This document shows positions 44,502 to 57,775 of a DNA stretch of 64,000 bases, piece by piece. Below the pieces are notes generated by a model. That model was not told where the DNA came from. It saw only the letters and a program-made list of their open reading frames with translations, and ran no database searches. Each line of letters begins with the position of its first letter. Position 1 is the first letter of the stretch. A program made the translations under genes and the position numbers. The stretch comes from Leptogorgia sarmentosa (Eukaryota), in the NCBI GenBank assembly GCA_964658305.1, contig OZ210884.1, positions 6,138,001-6,202,000 on the forward strand. The letters run 5' to 3'.

Positions 44502-45803
44502 TCAGCTGAGGTACGCTGCGGCTATTTTTCTATACTGCGTACCATACCATATTACACCTGATAACCACATGATAACCATGCTGAAGCAATACAAGAGTAA
44601 ACTCGTTTTCGTGAACACAAAACTTATTAAAACACGACTTATCACTATAGCCGATTGCATAACCCCGTAGGTTAGACCTTGGATGAACGTTGCATTTCGA
44701 GGGTCCGTCATTTTTGAAAGGATTGAAGTTCCTAATGGGTATGCAAAATATGGCATGCCAAAACAAATATATGGAAGTAGCATAAACCATTGGACATCAG
44801 TTATTTCATTCCATGAAAAAGCCAAGTATGTGAGAAATGAGATTGCGATGATTTGTAAAAATAACGCGATTAACAGGAGTTTTCGTTCTTCGACATAATG
44901 TGAAGCGAGATAAATACAAATGAAGACCATCAGCGTAAATAAAGTACAATTCAAGAATAGTAATTTGATGTGAATCACGTGTAGATGAAAATGATCCAAC
45001 GCTAATACTGGGACGTAGAACGTGGACGTGCTTGAAAATGCATCGCTGCAGAATATGAGAAAAAACAGGCAACAAATTTTTGTGTTCCCCAATGCACAAC
45101 ACAAAAATGCTCCGACACCAGACTCCGAATGCTTTTCTTTTTTATTGCAGTCCGTTAATGTTTCCTTGGTTTCGTCATCAGTTGAATTCCTTTCAATATT
45201 ACGAGCTCCTGTCGCTATCCAAATATCGCTAGGTAAAAGCATTGCTAAGATAAGAAAGACAAGCCATATTATTGTCAATACAATCCCAGGGGAATTTCCC
45301 TCGTTTATTTCCCAACCAAGTATAGTCTTTCGAAATGTAATAAAACTACCAATTGCTGGTCCAGCTGCAGCGCCAAGAAGATATGCACTGGACGCAAGTA
45401 CAAAGTTTCCACCACGACTTTCTTTCTCAGGCAGTAACGCGATTTGTCCCATAAGAACTATGATACCCATTTCAGCGATGCCACTTATAAACCTTCCAAA
45501 AAGAGGAAAATATGCGCTCAAGTTAATGCTGTATGTCATATAAGCAAAAACTTTAGTTATGCACGAGCAAAGAAAGATAAATCTTGGATTTCCAAAACGA
45601 TCTGCAAAGAATCCAGAAATAGGTCCAGCGATTATTGCGCCAACGTTGAATGCAGTCAACACTAAGGCCAGAAAAAATGTGGTTTGATCCAGGGATTTGA
45701 TGTAACTCCAGGCAGTAGGCGCAATAAGATACGTCTCACAACCAGATAAAAAACAACGAAGAGCAGCAAACTTCGTAATCCAGCCATGTCTGCTCATTGT
45801 CAT
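44502..45803 (-). CDS. Major facilitator superfamily transporter (MFSD8-like), copy 1, 433 aa
   Basis: About 12 hydrophobic segments with a central loop; motif A-like GFFADRFGNPR; GRFISG; GPAIG; NSPG. ATG at 45803, by alignment with copies 2 and 3. Confidence 0.88.
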   Translation of the reverse strand: MTMSRHGWITKFAALRCFLSGCETYLIAPTAWSYIKSLDQTTFFLALVLTAFNVGAIIAGPISGFFADRFGNPRFIFLCSCITKVFAYMTYSINLSAYFPLFGRFISGIAEMGIIVLMGQIALLPEKESRGGNFVLASSAYLLGAAAGPAIGSFITFRKTILGWEINEGNSPGIVLTIIWLVFLILAMLLPSDIWIATGARNIERNSTDDETKETLTDCNKKEKHSESGVGAFLCCALGNTKICCLFFLIFCSDAFSSTSTFYVPVLALDHFHLHVIHIKLLFLNCTLFTLMVFICIYLASHYVEERKLLLIALFLQIIAISFLTYLAFSWNEITDVQWFMLLPYICFGMPYFAYPLGTSILSKMTDPRNATFIQGLTYGVMQSAIVISRVLISFVFTKTSLLLYCFSMVIMWLSGVIWYGTQYRKIAAAYLS

Positions 45804-46140
45804 TGAATATCTGATGATCAGCGATCTAACGTGAAGGAAATTCAACCGTACGCAAATGCAAATATCACAGCAGGCGACAATTAGCCTTTCTCGCGCTATG
45901 TGACCAGCTCTTTCCTTTTTCAGTGGCGGAATGATTGAATTGAGCCAATTCTATTTCAAACAAAAAAGAAATAAAATCATAAAATCAATAACTATATGCG
46001 GATGAAGTTCCAGCAGCAAATTTTCAAATTACACGATGCAAAAGGACATGGATAGTGAGAATATAAGGACTGTGTTGGAACGGTTATACCATTGCGCGCG
46101 TTGCAGTGAACGATGTGAAAAACAACCACAAAGATATACC

Positions 46141-46212
46141 CCGTGGCGGATCAAGGGGGGGGGGCACTCTGGGCAGGTCCCAGGGGCTTCGCGCGAGTTT
46201 GATCCGCTCCTG
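46141..46212. mobile_element. Short hAT-like MITE (second copy at 51926-51997)
   Basis: ccgtggcggatc..gatccgctcctg ends; gatatacc duplicated at 46133-46140 and 46213-46220. Confidence 0.65.
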
Positions 46213-46767
46213 GATATACCCCGTGAGATGTAGGTTCGAAATTTATTGTTCAACGGAGACCGATGAACTGGGGGAGGGTGATGTAGTGCCGATTAACATG
46301 GAACAAGAGGATTATGTACATTTGTAAATAGAACAATTAATCATAAAGCGTGACGTCTGATTAATTAGGTTATGCAAATCGGACACAGTGTATAAAAACA
46401 GACTGTATGCTTGTACTTTAGTGTGTGGTTTTTTAAATAAAGCTAAAACGTTTTGCTCTAGCCGTGTCGTCGTTCCATTTGGCACAACAATATTTAATTT
46501 TCGGCGAGTATTTTATGGGAAGATTTTGCGTTTAATGTAGCCTCCAGGCGCCGGTTGTTCAAAAGCCGGTTACTTTAACCATGGGTTAACTCAAAATTTA
46601 AATCGAATTCTCCAACAATTTATTTATGAATTTAGAAATGTTTCTTCACAAATCCTGTGCAGATCATTAAGAGATTTTTTCTTTGAAGTTTCCAAATAAA
46701 CAGATGTGCAGAAATACATAAACTAAAACACTGGGTTAAATTATAACCCAGGATTAGCCTTATAGCC

Positions 46768-49700
46768 TAATCTCAGGTTAGTTTCTGACACGTCGCTTTT
46801 TCGGGAACTCTGCATGGGTTTTGGAAATACAGCCTGGCCTGCTTTGCAATACGCTTGACGGGCAGTGGCGAAGCCAGCTTCGTGCTTGTGGTTCATGCAA
46901 ATTTGAAAGAATAGCCATTTCTAGGGACGTAACTAGAGCGTTACGGCTCGGGGGTGTATATTCTATATGTATTCCGTATGTTCTTCAACTGGCCTCCGTA
47001 ATAACCTGATAGGCTGATAGCTCTGGCAGTATTTATATCTTATATGCTGAATTTGAATGTAGTATTGAGGAAATGTCGGTGGTATTATCTAAAACAGCAG
47101 CCCAGATTTAATAAAATTGAGGTACTACATGAATATCTACCCAACAATCACTGAAAATACACTTCACTCAAACGTGGCAACTGCATTGAGTTTATATGAA
47201 TCATTATCTTTGCTGCCCAACTTGAATCAGTTCATCCGGTCAACTAAAATTATGAAAACTAAGAGAAACACTCGCTCTCGACCATACTTTTTAACTTAGC
47301 CATTGAGTTGACCTCGATTGAGCAGACATATTTTAGATATACATAACTGAATGTTTATGATGATGCAACAAGTATAAAGTATTACTATTACTCACCGTTT
47401 CGAAGAGTTCAGTCGACAAAAATTGAACAAAGTCGAGTCGAAAATGAAAGCCAGATGTCAAGAATACTCGATACACATGCAGTGAAGCCAATGCGCAGGC
47501 AATGAAATTCGATATGTATACCAATAAGGATCTAGTAGTTTGCCCGCTTCATTTTGTGCTATTCGTGTCAAGGCGGTAGCCAGGATTTTTTGTCAGGGTG
47601 GCAGCAGCGAAAGCGAACCCTTGGCGTAGTCAATAGCCAAGCGCTGTTGATGTGTGCATTGGCAGGGGGCAGGAATAGAACGTTAATTGGGCTATGTATA
47701 TAAAAGTATACTCATGTTCTGCCCAAAGGATTTCTTTTGAAATTAATTCGTAAACAACTAATTTCGAGAGTGGTTTTAATACAAATGTTGTTAATCTCAG
47801 GTTAGCTTCTGACACGTCCCTTTTTTCGGGATCTCTGCATGGGTTTTGGAAATACAGCCTGGCCTGCTTTGCAATACGCTCGACGGGCCGTGGCGAAGCC
47901 AGCTTCATGCTTGTGGTTCATGCAAATTTGAAAGAATAGCCATTTCTAGGGAAGTAACTAGAGCGTTACGGCTCGGGGGTGTATATTCTATATGTAATCT
48001 GTATGTTCTTCAACTGGCCTCCCTTATAACTTGATAGGCTGATGGCTCTGGCAGTATTTATATCTTATATGCTGAATTTGAATGTAGTATTGAGGAAATG
48101 TCGGTGGTATTATCTAAATACAGCAGCCCAGATTTAATAAAATTAAGGTACTACATGAATATCTACCCAACAATCACTGAAAATACACTTCACTCAAACG
48201 TGGCAACTGCATTGAGTTTATATGAATCATTATCTTTGATGTCCCAACTTAAATCAGTTCATCCGGTCAATTAAAATTATGAAAACTATGAGAAACACTC
48301 GCTCTCGACCATACTTTTTAACTTAGCCATTGAGTTGACCACGGTTGAGCAGACATATTTTAGATACATAAGAATGTTTATGATGCTGCAACTAGTATAA
48401 AGTATTACTATTACTCACCGTTTCCAAGAATTCGGCAAAACTGAACAAAGTCGAGTCGAAAATCAAAGCCAGATGTCAAGAATACTCGATACACATGCAG
48501 TGAATACGTCATAAAAGCGAATACATGTACAAATAAATAATCTATATAATATATAGTTATGATGTATATTATGCATCAGTGAATAGTACGTCACGCTGTG
48601 ATGTGTCGTGGTTGACTGTCCAATGCGCTGGAAATGAAATTCGATATGCATACCAATAAGGATCTAGTAGTTTATCCGCTTCATATTGTGCTATTCGTAT
48701 CAAGGCGGTAGCCAGGATTTTTTGTCAGGGTGGCAGCAGCGAAAGCGAACCCTTGGCGTAGTCAATAGCCAAGCGCTGTTGATGTGTGCATTGGCAGGGG
48801 GCAGGAATAGAACGTTAATTGGGGTGTGTATATAAGTATACTCAATTACTCATGTTCTGCCCAAGGGATTTCTTTTGACTTTTGAAATTATAATTCGCAA
48901 ACAACTTATTTCGAGAGTGGTTTTAATACAAATGTTGTTAATCTCAGGTTAGCTTCTGACACGTCCCTTTTTTTCGGGAACTCTGCAATGGGCAGTGGCG
49001 AAGCCAGCTTCATGCTTGTGGTTCATGCAAATTTGAAAGAATGGCCATTTCTAGGGACGTAACTATAGCGTTACCGCTCGAGGGTGTATATTCTATATGT
49101 ATTCTGTATATTCTTCAAGTGGCCTCCGTAATAACCTGATAGGCTGATATCTCTGGCAGTATTTATATCTTATATGCTGAATTTGAATGTAGTATTGAGG
49201 AAATGTCGGTGATATTATCTAAAACAGCAGTCCAGATTTAATAAAATAGAGGTACTACGTGAATATCTGCCCAACAAACAGTCACTGAAAATACAGTTCA
49301 CTCAAACGTGGCAATCGCATTGAGTTGATATGAATCATTATCTTTGCTGTCCCAACTTGAATCAGTTCATCCGGTGAACTAAAATTATGAAAACTAAGAG
49401 AAACACTCGCTCTCGACCATACTTTTTAACTTAGCCATTGAGTTGACCACGGTTGAGCAGACATATTTTAGATATACATAACTGAATGTCTATGATGATG
49501 CAACAAGTATAAAGTATTACTATTACTCACCGTTTCGAAGAGTTCAGTCGACAAAAACTGAACAAAGTCGAGTCGAAAATGAAAGCCAGATGTCAAGAAT
49601 ACTCGATACACATGCAGTGAAGTCAATGCGCTGGCAATGAAATTCGATATGTATACCAATAAGGATCTAGTAGTTTGCCCGCTTCATTTTGTGCTATTCG

Positions 49701-49928
49701 TGCCAAGGCGGTAGCCAGGATTTTTTGTCAGGGTGGCAGCAGCGAAAGCGAACCCTTGGTGTAGTCAATAGCCAAGCGCTGTTGATGTGTGCATTGGCAG
49801 GGGGCAGGAATAGAACGTTAATTGGGGTGTGTAAATAAGTATACTCAATTACTCATGTTCTGCCCAAAGGATTTCTTTTGAAATTAATTCGTAAACAACT
49901 TATTTCGAGAGTGGTTTTAATACAAATG
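46768..49928. repeat. Tandem array A of the ~1.05-kb unit (3 copies)
   Basis: Unit start taatctcaggttag at 46768, 47792 and 48939. Confidence 0.9.
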
Positions 49929-50281
49929 CGTTTGTTAATACAAGCTTGCATCTACTTACAGGTTGGAATACTTCTTATTTTTACATGATTATCATATAAA
50001 AAACATTGCAAAATTAAGCCACTACACTTTTTGTGTTTTTTTATACAAGAGTGAAGAACCATACATCTAGTGCAGTTAAGAATACGTCCTACTTTTACAT
50101 GATTAAAAATTGAATAACATTACAAAAACCATTGCCATAAGAAGCAGAACGCTTGCTGTTTCATGGCACCTTCCGGCCACAGGGTCTGTTTGAGCAAAAA
50201 TACGAGCTGGACCACCGCTGCCGTTTCTAATTATACAGCACATTTTCAGCAGGTAGCCAAGGACTTAATCAATTGTGTTTT

Positions 50282-51583
50282 TCAGTTGAGGTACACTGCG
50301 GCTATTTTTCTATACTGCGTACCATACCATATTACACCTGATAACCACATGATAACCATGCCGAAGCAATACAAGAGTAAACTTGTTTTCGTGAACACAA
50401 AACTTATCAAAACACGACTCATCACTATACCCGATTGCATAACCCCGTAGGTTAGACCTTGGATGAACGTTGCATTTCGAGGGTCCGTCATTTTTGAAAG
50501 GATTGAAGTTCCTAATGGGTATGCAAAATATGGCATGCCAAAACAAATATATGGAAGTAGCATAAACCATTGGACATCAGTTATTTCATTCCATGAAAAA
50601 GCCAAGTATGTGAGAAATGAGATTGCAATGATTTGTAAAAATAACGCGATTAACAGGAGTTTTCGTTCTTCGACATAATGTGAAGCGAGATAAATAGAAG
50701 TGAACACCATCAGGGTAAATAAAGTACAATTCAAGAATAGTAATTTGATGTGAATCACGTGTAGATAAAAATGATCCAACGCTAATACTGGGACGAAGAA
50801 CGTGGACGTGCTTGAAAATGCATCGCTGCAGAATATGAGAAAAAACAGGCAAAAAATTTTTGTGTTCCCCAATGCACAACACAAAAATGCTCCGACACCA
50901 GACTCCGAATGCTTTTCTTTTTTATTGCAGTCCGTTAATGTTTCCTTGGTTTCGTCATCAGTTGAATTCCTTTCAATATTACGAGCTCCTGTCGCTATCC
51001 AAATATCGCTAGGTAAAAGCATTGCTAAGATAAGAAAGACAAGCCATATTATTGTCAATACAATCCCAGGGGAATTTCCCTCGTTTATTTCCCAACCAAG
51101 TATAGTCTTTCGAAATGTAATAAAACTACCAATTGCTGGTCCAACTGCAGCGCCAAGAAGATATGCACTGGACGCAAGTACAAAGTTTCCACCACGACTT
51201 TCTTTCTCAGGCAGTAACGCGATTTGTCCCATAAGAACTATGATACCCATTTCAGCGATGCCACTTATAAACCTTCCAAAAAGAGGAAAATATGCGCTCA
51301 AGTTAATGCTGTATGTCATATAAGCAAAAACTTTAGTTATGCACGAGCAAAGAAAGATAAATCTTGGATTGCCAAAACGATCTGCAAAGAATCCAGAAAT
51401 AGGTCCAGCGATTATTGCGCCAACGTTGAATGCAGTCAACACTAAGGCCAGAAAAAATGTGGTTTGGTCCAGGGATTTGATGTAAATCCAGGCAGTAGGC
51501 GCAATAAGATACGTCTCACAACCAGATAGAAAACAACGAAGAGCAGCAAACTTCGTAATCCAGCGATGTCTGCTCATTGTCAT
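50282..51583 (-). CDS. MFS transporter (MFSD8-like), copy 2, 433 aa (chimera of copies 1 and 3)
   Basis: Intact ORF. The N-terminal part resembles copy 1 and the C-terminal part matches copy 3. Confidence 0.88.
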   Translation of the reverse strand: MTMSRHRWITKFAALRCFLSGCETYLIAPTAWIYIKSLDQTTFFLALVLTAFNVGAIIAGPISGFFADRFGNPRFIFLCSCITKVFAYMTYSINLSAYFPLFGRFISGIAEMGIIVLMGQIALLPEKESRGGNFVLASSAYLLGAAVGPAIGSFITFRKTILGWEINEGNSPGIVLTIIWLVFLILAMLLPSDIWIATGARNIERNSTDDETKETLTDCNKKEKHSESGVGAFLCCALGNTKIFCLFFLIFCSDAFSSTSTFFVPVLALDHFYLHVIHIKLLFLNCTLFTLMVFTSIYLASHYVEERKLLLIALFLQIIAISFLTYLAFSWNEITDVQWFMLLPYICFGMPYFAYPLGTSILSKMTDPRNATFIQGLTYGVMQSGIVMSRVLISFVFTKTSLLLYCFGMVIMWLSGVIWYGTQYRKIAAVYLN

Positions 51584-52332
51584 TGAATATCTGATGATCA
51601 GCGATCTAACGTGAAGGAAAATTCAACCGTACGCAAATGCAAATATCACAGCAGACAACAATTAGCCTTTCTCGCGCTATGCCCTGACCAGCTTTTTCTT
51701 TTTTCAGTGGCGGACTGATTGAATTGAGCCAATTCTATTTCAAACAAAAAAACAAATAAAATCATAAAATCAATAACTATTTGCGGATGAAGTTCCAGCA
51801 GCAAATTTTCAAATTACGCCATGCAAAAGGACATGGATAGTGAGAATATAAGGACTGTGGTGGAACGGTTATACCATTGCGCGCGTCGCAGTGAACGATG
51901 TGGAAAACAACCACAAAGATATACCCCGTGGCGGATCAAGGGGGGGGGGCACTCTGGGAAGGTGCCAGGGGCTTCGCGCGAGTTTGATCCGCTCCTGGAT
52001 ATACCCCGTGAGATGTTGGTTCGAAATTTATTGTTCAACGGAGACCGATGAACTGGGGGAGGGTGATGTAGTGCCGATTAACATGGAACAAGAGGATTAT
52101 GTACATTTGTAAATAGAACAATTAATCATAAAGCGTGACGTCTGATTAATTAGGTTATGCAAATCGGACACAGTGTATAAAAACAGACTGTATGCTTGTA
52201 CTTTAGTGTGTGGTTTTTTAAATAAAGCTAAAACGTTTTGCTCTAGCCGTGTCGTCGTTCCATTTGGCACAATAATATTTAATTTTCGGCGAGTATTTTA
52301 TGGGAAGATTTTGCGTTTAATGTAGCCTCCAA

Positions 52333-52567
52333 GCGCCGGTTGTTCAAAAGCCGGTTACTTTAACCATGGGTTAACTCAAAATTCAAAGCAAATTCTCCAA
52401 CAGTTTATTTATGAATTTAGAAATGTTTCTTCACAAATCCTGGGCAGATCATGCATTAAGAGATTTTTTCTTTGTAGCTTCAAGGTAAACAGATGTGCAG
52501 CAAACTAAAACACTGGGTTAAATTAAAACCAAGGATTAGCCTTAACCTAGCTTTGAACAACCGGCCC
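52333..52567. mobile_element. MITE, PIF/Harbinger-like (truncated copy at ~46548-46765)
   Basis: gccggttgttcaaa / tttgaacaaccggc terminal inverted repeats. Confidence 0.7.
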
Positions 52568-52638
52568 GAGATCTTCTATTGTTTTCCGAGAAGGAATCCA
52601 AAAAAAAGTACCCTCTACAGTAATCACTCTTTTGTTGT

Positions 52639-55600
52639 TAATCTCAGGTTAGCTTCTGACACGTCCCTTTTTTCGGGATCTCTGCATGGGTTTTGGAAAT
52701 ACAGCCTGGCCTGTTTTGCAATACGCTTGACGGGCAGTGGCGAAGCCAGCTTCGTCCTTGCGATTCATGCAAATTTGAAAGAATGGCCATTTCTAGGGAC
52801 GTAACTAGAGCGTTACGGCTCGGGGGTGTATATTCTATATATATTTTGTATGTTCTTTTGAACAGTACGTCACGCTGTGATGTGTCGTGGTTGGCTGTCC
52901 AATGCGCTGGCAATGAAAATCGATATGTATACCAATAAGGATCTAGTAGTTTGCCCGCTTCATTTTGTGCTATTTGTGTCAAGGCGGTAGCCAGGATTTT
53001 TTGTCAGGGTGGCAGCAGCGAAAGCGAACCCTTGGCGTAGTCAATAGCCAAGCGCTGTTGATGTGTGCATTGGCAGGGGGCCAGGAATAGAACGTTAATT
53101 GGGGTGTGTATATAAGTATACTCAATTACTCATGTTCTGCCCAAGGGATTTCTTTTGACTTTTGAAATTATAATTCGCAAACAACTTATTTCGAGTGTGG
53201 TTTTAATACAAATGTTGTTAATCTCAGGTTAGCTTCTGACACGTCCCTTTTTTCGGGATCTCAGCATGGGTTTTGGAAATACAGCCTGGCCTGCTTTGCA
53301 ATACGCTTGACGGGCAGTGGCGAAGCCAGCTTCGTGCTTGTGGTTCATGTAAATTTGAAAGAATGCCTTAGAATGGCCATTTCTAGGGACGTAACTAGAG
53401 CGTTACGGCTCGGGGGTGTATATTCTATATGTATTCTGTATGTTCTTCAACTGGCCTCCGTTATAACCTGATAGGCTGATACCTCTGGCAGTATTTATAT
53501 CTTATATGCTGAATTTGAATGTAGTATTGAGGAAATGTCGGTGGTATTATCTAAAACAGCAGCCCAGATTTAATAAAATTGAGGTACTACATGAATATCT
53601 ACCCAACAAACAGTCACTGAAAATACACTTCACTCAAACGTGGCAACTGCATTGAGTTTATATGAATCATTATCTTTGCTGTCCCAACTTAAATCAGTTC
53701 ATCCGGTCAACTAAAATTATGAAAACTAAGAGAAACACTCGCTCTCGACCATACTTTTTAACTTAGCCATTGAATTGACCAGGATTGAGCAGTCATATTT
53801 TAGATATACATAACTGAATGTCTATGATGATGCAACAAGTATAAAGTATTACTATTACTCACCGTTTCGAAGAGTTCAGTCGACCAAAACTGAACAAAGT
53901 CGAGTCGAAAATGAAAGCCAGATGTCAAGAATACTCGATACACATGCAGTGAAGCCAATGCGCAGGCAATGAAATTCGATATGTATACCAATAAGGATCT
54001 AGTAGTTTGCCCGCTTCATTTTGTGCTATTTGTGTCAAGGCGGTAGCCAGGATTTTTTGTCAGGGTGGCAGCAGCGAAAGCGAACCCTTGGCGTAGTCAA
54101 TAGCCAAGCGCTGTTGATGTGTGCATTGGCAGGGGGCCAGGAATAGAACGTTAATTGGGGTGTGTATATAAGTATACTCAATTACTCATGTTCTGCCCAA
54201 GGGATTTCTTTTGACTTTTGAAATTATAATTCGCAAACAACTTATTTCGAGTGTGGTTTTAATACAAATGTTGTTAATCTCAGGTTAGCTTCTGACACGT
54301 CCCTTTTTTCGGGATCTCAGCATGGGTTTTGGAAATACAGCCTGGCCTGCTTTGCAATACGCTTGACGGGCAGTGGCGAAGCCAGCTTCGTGCTTGTGGT
54401 TCATGTAAATTTGAAAGAATGCCTTAGAATGGCCATTTCTAGGGACGTAACTAGAGCGTTACGGCTCGGGGGTGTATATTCTATATGTATTCTGTATGTT
54501 CTTCAACTGGCCTCCGTTATAACCTGATAGGCTGATACCTCTGGCAGTATTTATATCTTATATGCTGAATTTGAATGTAGTATTGAGGAAATGTCGGTGG
54601 TATTATCTAAAACAGCAGCCCAGATTTAATAAAATTGAGGTACTACATGAATATCTACCCAACAAACAGTCACTGAAAATACACTTCACTCAAACGTGGC
54701 AACTGCATTGAGTTTATATGAATCATTATCTTTGCTGTCCCAACTTAAATCAGTTCATCCGGTCAACTAAAATTATGAAAACAAAGAGAAACACTCGCTC
54801 TCGACCATACTTTTTAACTTAGCCATTGAATTGACCAGGATTGAGCAGTCATATTTTAGATATACATAACTGAATGTCTATGATGATGCAACAAGTATAA
54901 AGTATTACTATTACTCACCGTTTCGAAGAGTTCAGTCGACAAAAATTGAACAAAGTCGAGTCGAAAAACAAAGCCAGATGTCAAGAATACTCGATACACA
55001 TGCAGTGAAGCCAATGCGCTGGCAATGAAATTCGATATGTATACCAATAAGGATCTAATAGTTTGCCCGCTTCATTTTGTGCTATTCGTGTCAAGGCGGT
55101 AGCCAGGATTTTTTGTCAGGGTGGCAGCAGCGAAAGCGAACCCTTGGCGTAGTCAATAGCCAAGCGCTGTTGTGTGTGCATTGGCAGGGGTCAGGAATAG
55201 AACGTTAATTGGGGTGTGTATATAAGTATATTCAATTACTCATGTTCTAGAAGCCCAAAGGATTTCTTTTGACTTTTGAAATTATAATTCTTAAACAACT
55301 TATTTCGAGAGTGGTTTTAATACAAATGTTGTTAATCTTAGGTTATCTTCTGACACGTCCCTTTTTTCGGGATCTCAGCATGGGTTTTGGAGATACAGCC
55401 TGGCCTGCTTTGCAATATACGCTTGACGGGCAGTGGCGAAGCCAGCTTCGTGCTTGTGGTTCATGCAAATTTGAAAGAATGGCCATTTCTATATAGGGAC
55501 GTAACTAGAACGTTACGGCTCGGGGGTGTATATTCTATATGTATTCTGTACATTCTTCAACTGGCCTCCGTAATAACTTGATAGGCTGATACCTCTGGCA

Positions 55601-57420
55601 GTATTTATATCTTATATGCTGAATTTCAATGTAGTATTGAGGAAATGTCGGTGGTATTATCTTAAACAGCAGCCCAGATTTAATAAAATTGAGGTACTAC
55701 ATGAATATCTACCCAACAGTCACTAGCTGAAAATACATTTCACTCAAACGTGGCAACTGCATTGAGTTTATATGAATCATTATCTTTGCTGTTCCAACTT
55801 AAATCAGTTCATCCGGTCAACTAAAATTATGAAAACTAAGAGAAACACTCGCTCTCGACCATACTTTTTAACTTAGCCATTGAGTTGACCACGGTTGAGC
55901 AGTCATATTTTAGATATACATAACTGAATGTCTATGATGATGCAACAAGTATAAAGTATTACTATTACTCACAGTTTCGAAGAGTTCAGTCGACAAAAAC
56001 TGAACAAAGTCGAGTCGAAAATGAAAGCCAGATGTCAAGAATACTCGATACACATACAGTGAAGCCAATGCGCCGGCAATGAAATTCGATATGTATACCA
56101 ATAAGGATCTAGTAGTTTGCCCGCTTCATTTTGTGCTATTCGTGTCAAGGCGGTAGCCAGGATTTTTTGTCAGGGTGGCAGCAGCGAAAGCGAACCCTTG
56201 GCGTAGTCAATAGCCAAGCGCTGTTGATGTGTGCTTTGGCAGGGGCAGGAATAGAACGTTAATTGGGGTGTGTATATAAGTATACTCAATTACTCATGTT
56301 CTAGAAGCCCAAAGGATTTCTTTTGACTTTTGAAATTATAATTCTTAAACAACTTATTTCGAGAGTGGTTTTAATACAAATGTTGTTAATCTTAGGTTAT
56401 CTTCTGACACGTCCCTTTTTTCGGGATCTCAGCATGGGTTTTGGAAATACAGCCTGGCCTGCTTTGCAATACGCTTGACGGGCAGTGGCGAAGCCAGCTT
56501 CGTGCTTGTGGTTCATGCAAATTTGAAAGAATGGCCATTTCTATATAGGGACGTAACTAGAGCGTTACGCCTCGGGGGTGTATATTCTATATGTATTCTG
56601 TACATTCTTCAACTGGCCTCCGTAATAACCTGATAGGCTGATACCTCTGGCAGTATTTATATCTTATATGCTGAATTTGAATGTAGTATTGAGGAAATAT
56701 CGGTGATATTATCTAAAACAGCAGTCCAGATTTAATAAAATAGAGGTACTACGTGAATATCTGCCCAACAAACAGTCACTGAAAATACACTTCACTCAAA
56801 CGTGGCAATCGCATTGAGTTGATATGAATCATTATCTTTGCTGTCCCAACTTGAATCAGTTCATCCGGTGAACTAAAATTATGAAAACTAAGAGAAACAC
56901 TCGCTCTCGACCATACTTTTTAACTTAGCCATTGAGTTGACCACGGTTGAGCAGACATATTTTAGATACATAACTGAATGTCTATGATGATGCAACAAGT
57001 ATAAAGTATTACTATTACTCACCGTTTCGAAGAGTTCAGTCGACAAAAACTGAACAAAGTCGAGTCGAAAATGAAAGCCAGATGTCAAGAATACTCGATA
57101 CACATGCAGTGAAGCCAATGCGCTGGCAATGAAATTCGATATGTATACCAATAAGGATCTAGTAGTTTGCCCGCTTCATTTTGTGCTATTCCTGTCAAGG
57201 CGGTAGCCAGGATTTTTTGTCAGGGTGGCAGCAGCGAAAGCGAACCCTTGGCGTAGTCAATAGCCAAGCGCTGTTGATGTGTGCATTGGCTTGGGGCAGG
57301 AATAGAACGTTAATTGGGGTGTGTATATAAGTATACTCATTACTCATGTTCTGCCCAAAGGATTTCTTTTCAAATTAATTCGTAAACAACTTATTTCGAG
57401 AGTGGTTTTAATACAAATGT
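52639..57420. repeat. Tandem array B of the ~1.05-kb unit (one internally deleted 580-bp copy plus 4 full copies)
   Basis: Unit starts at 52639, 53219, 54275, 55333 and 56387. Confidence 0.9.
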
Positions 57421-57775
57421 GTTTGTTAATACAAACATGCATCTATTTACAGGTTGGAATACTTCTTATTTTTACATGATTATGATATAAAAAACATTGC
57501 AAAATTAAGCCACTACACTTTTTGTGTTTTTTTATACAAGAGTGAAAAACCATATTACATCTAGTGCAGTTAAGAATACGTCCTACTTTTACATGATTAA
57601 AAATTGAATAACATTGCAAAAACCATTGACATAAGAAGCAGAACGCTTGCTGTTTCATGGCACCTTCCGGCCACAGGGCCTGTTTGAGCAAAAATATGAG
57701 CTGGACTACCGCTGCCGTTTCTAATTATACAGCACATTTTCAGCAGGTAGCCAAGGACTTAATCAATTGTGTTTT

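Noticed and set aside
45022..45543. Antisense ORFs over the MFS, Zic and STAND genes
   Set aside because: Shadow frames of the real coding sequences
46768..57420. Short ORFs repeated in each 1-kb unit (MVYISNFIA.., MEIQPGLL..)
   Set aside because: Non-ATG starts, variable stops and frameshifts between units, and no recognisable domain
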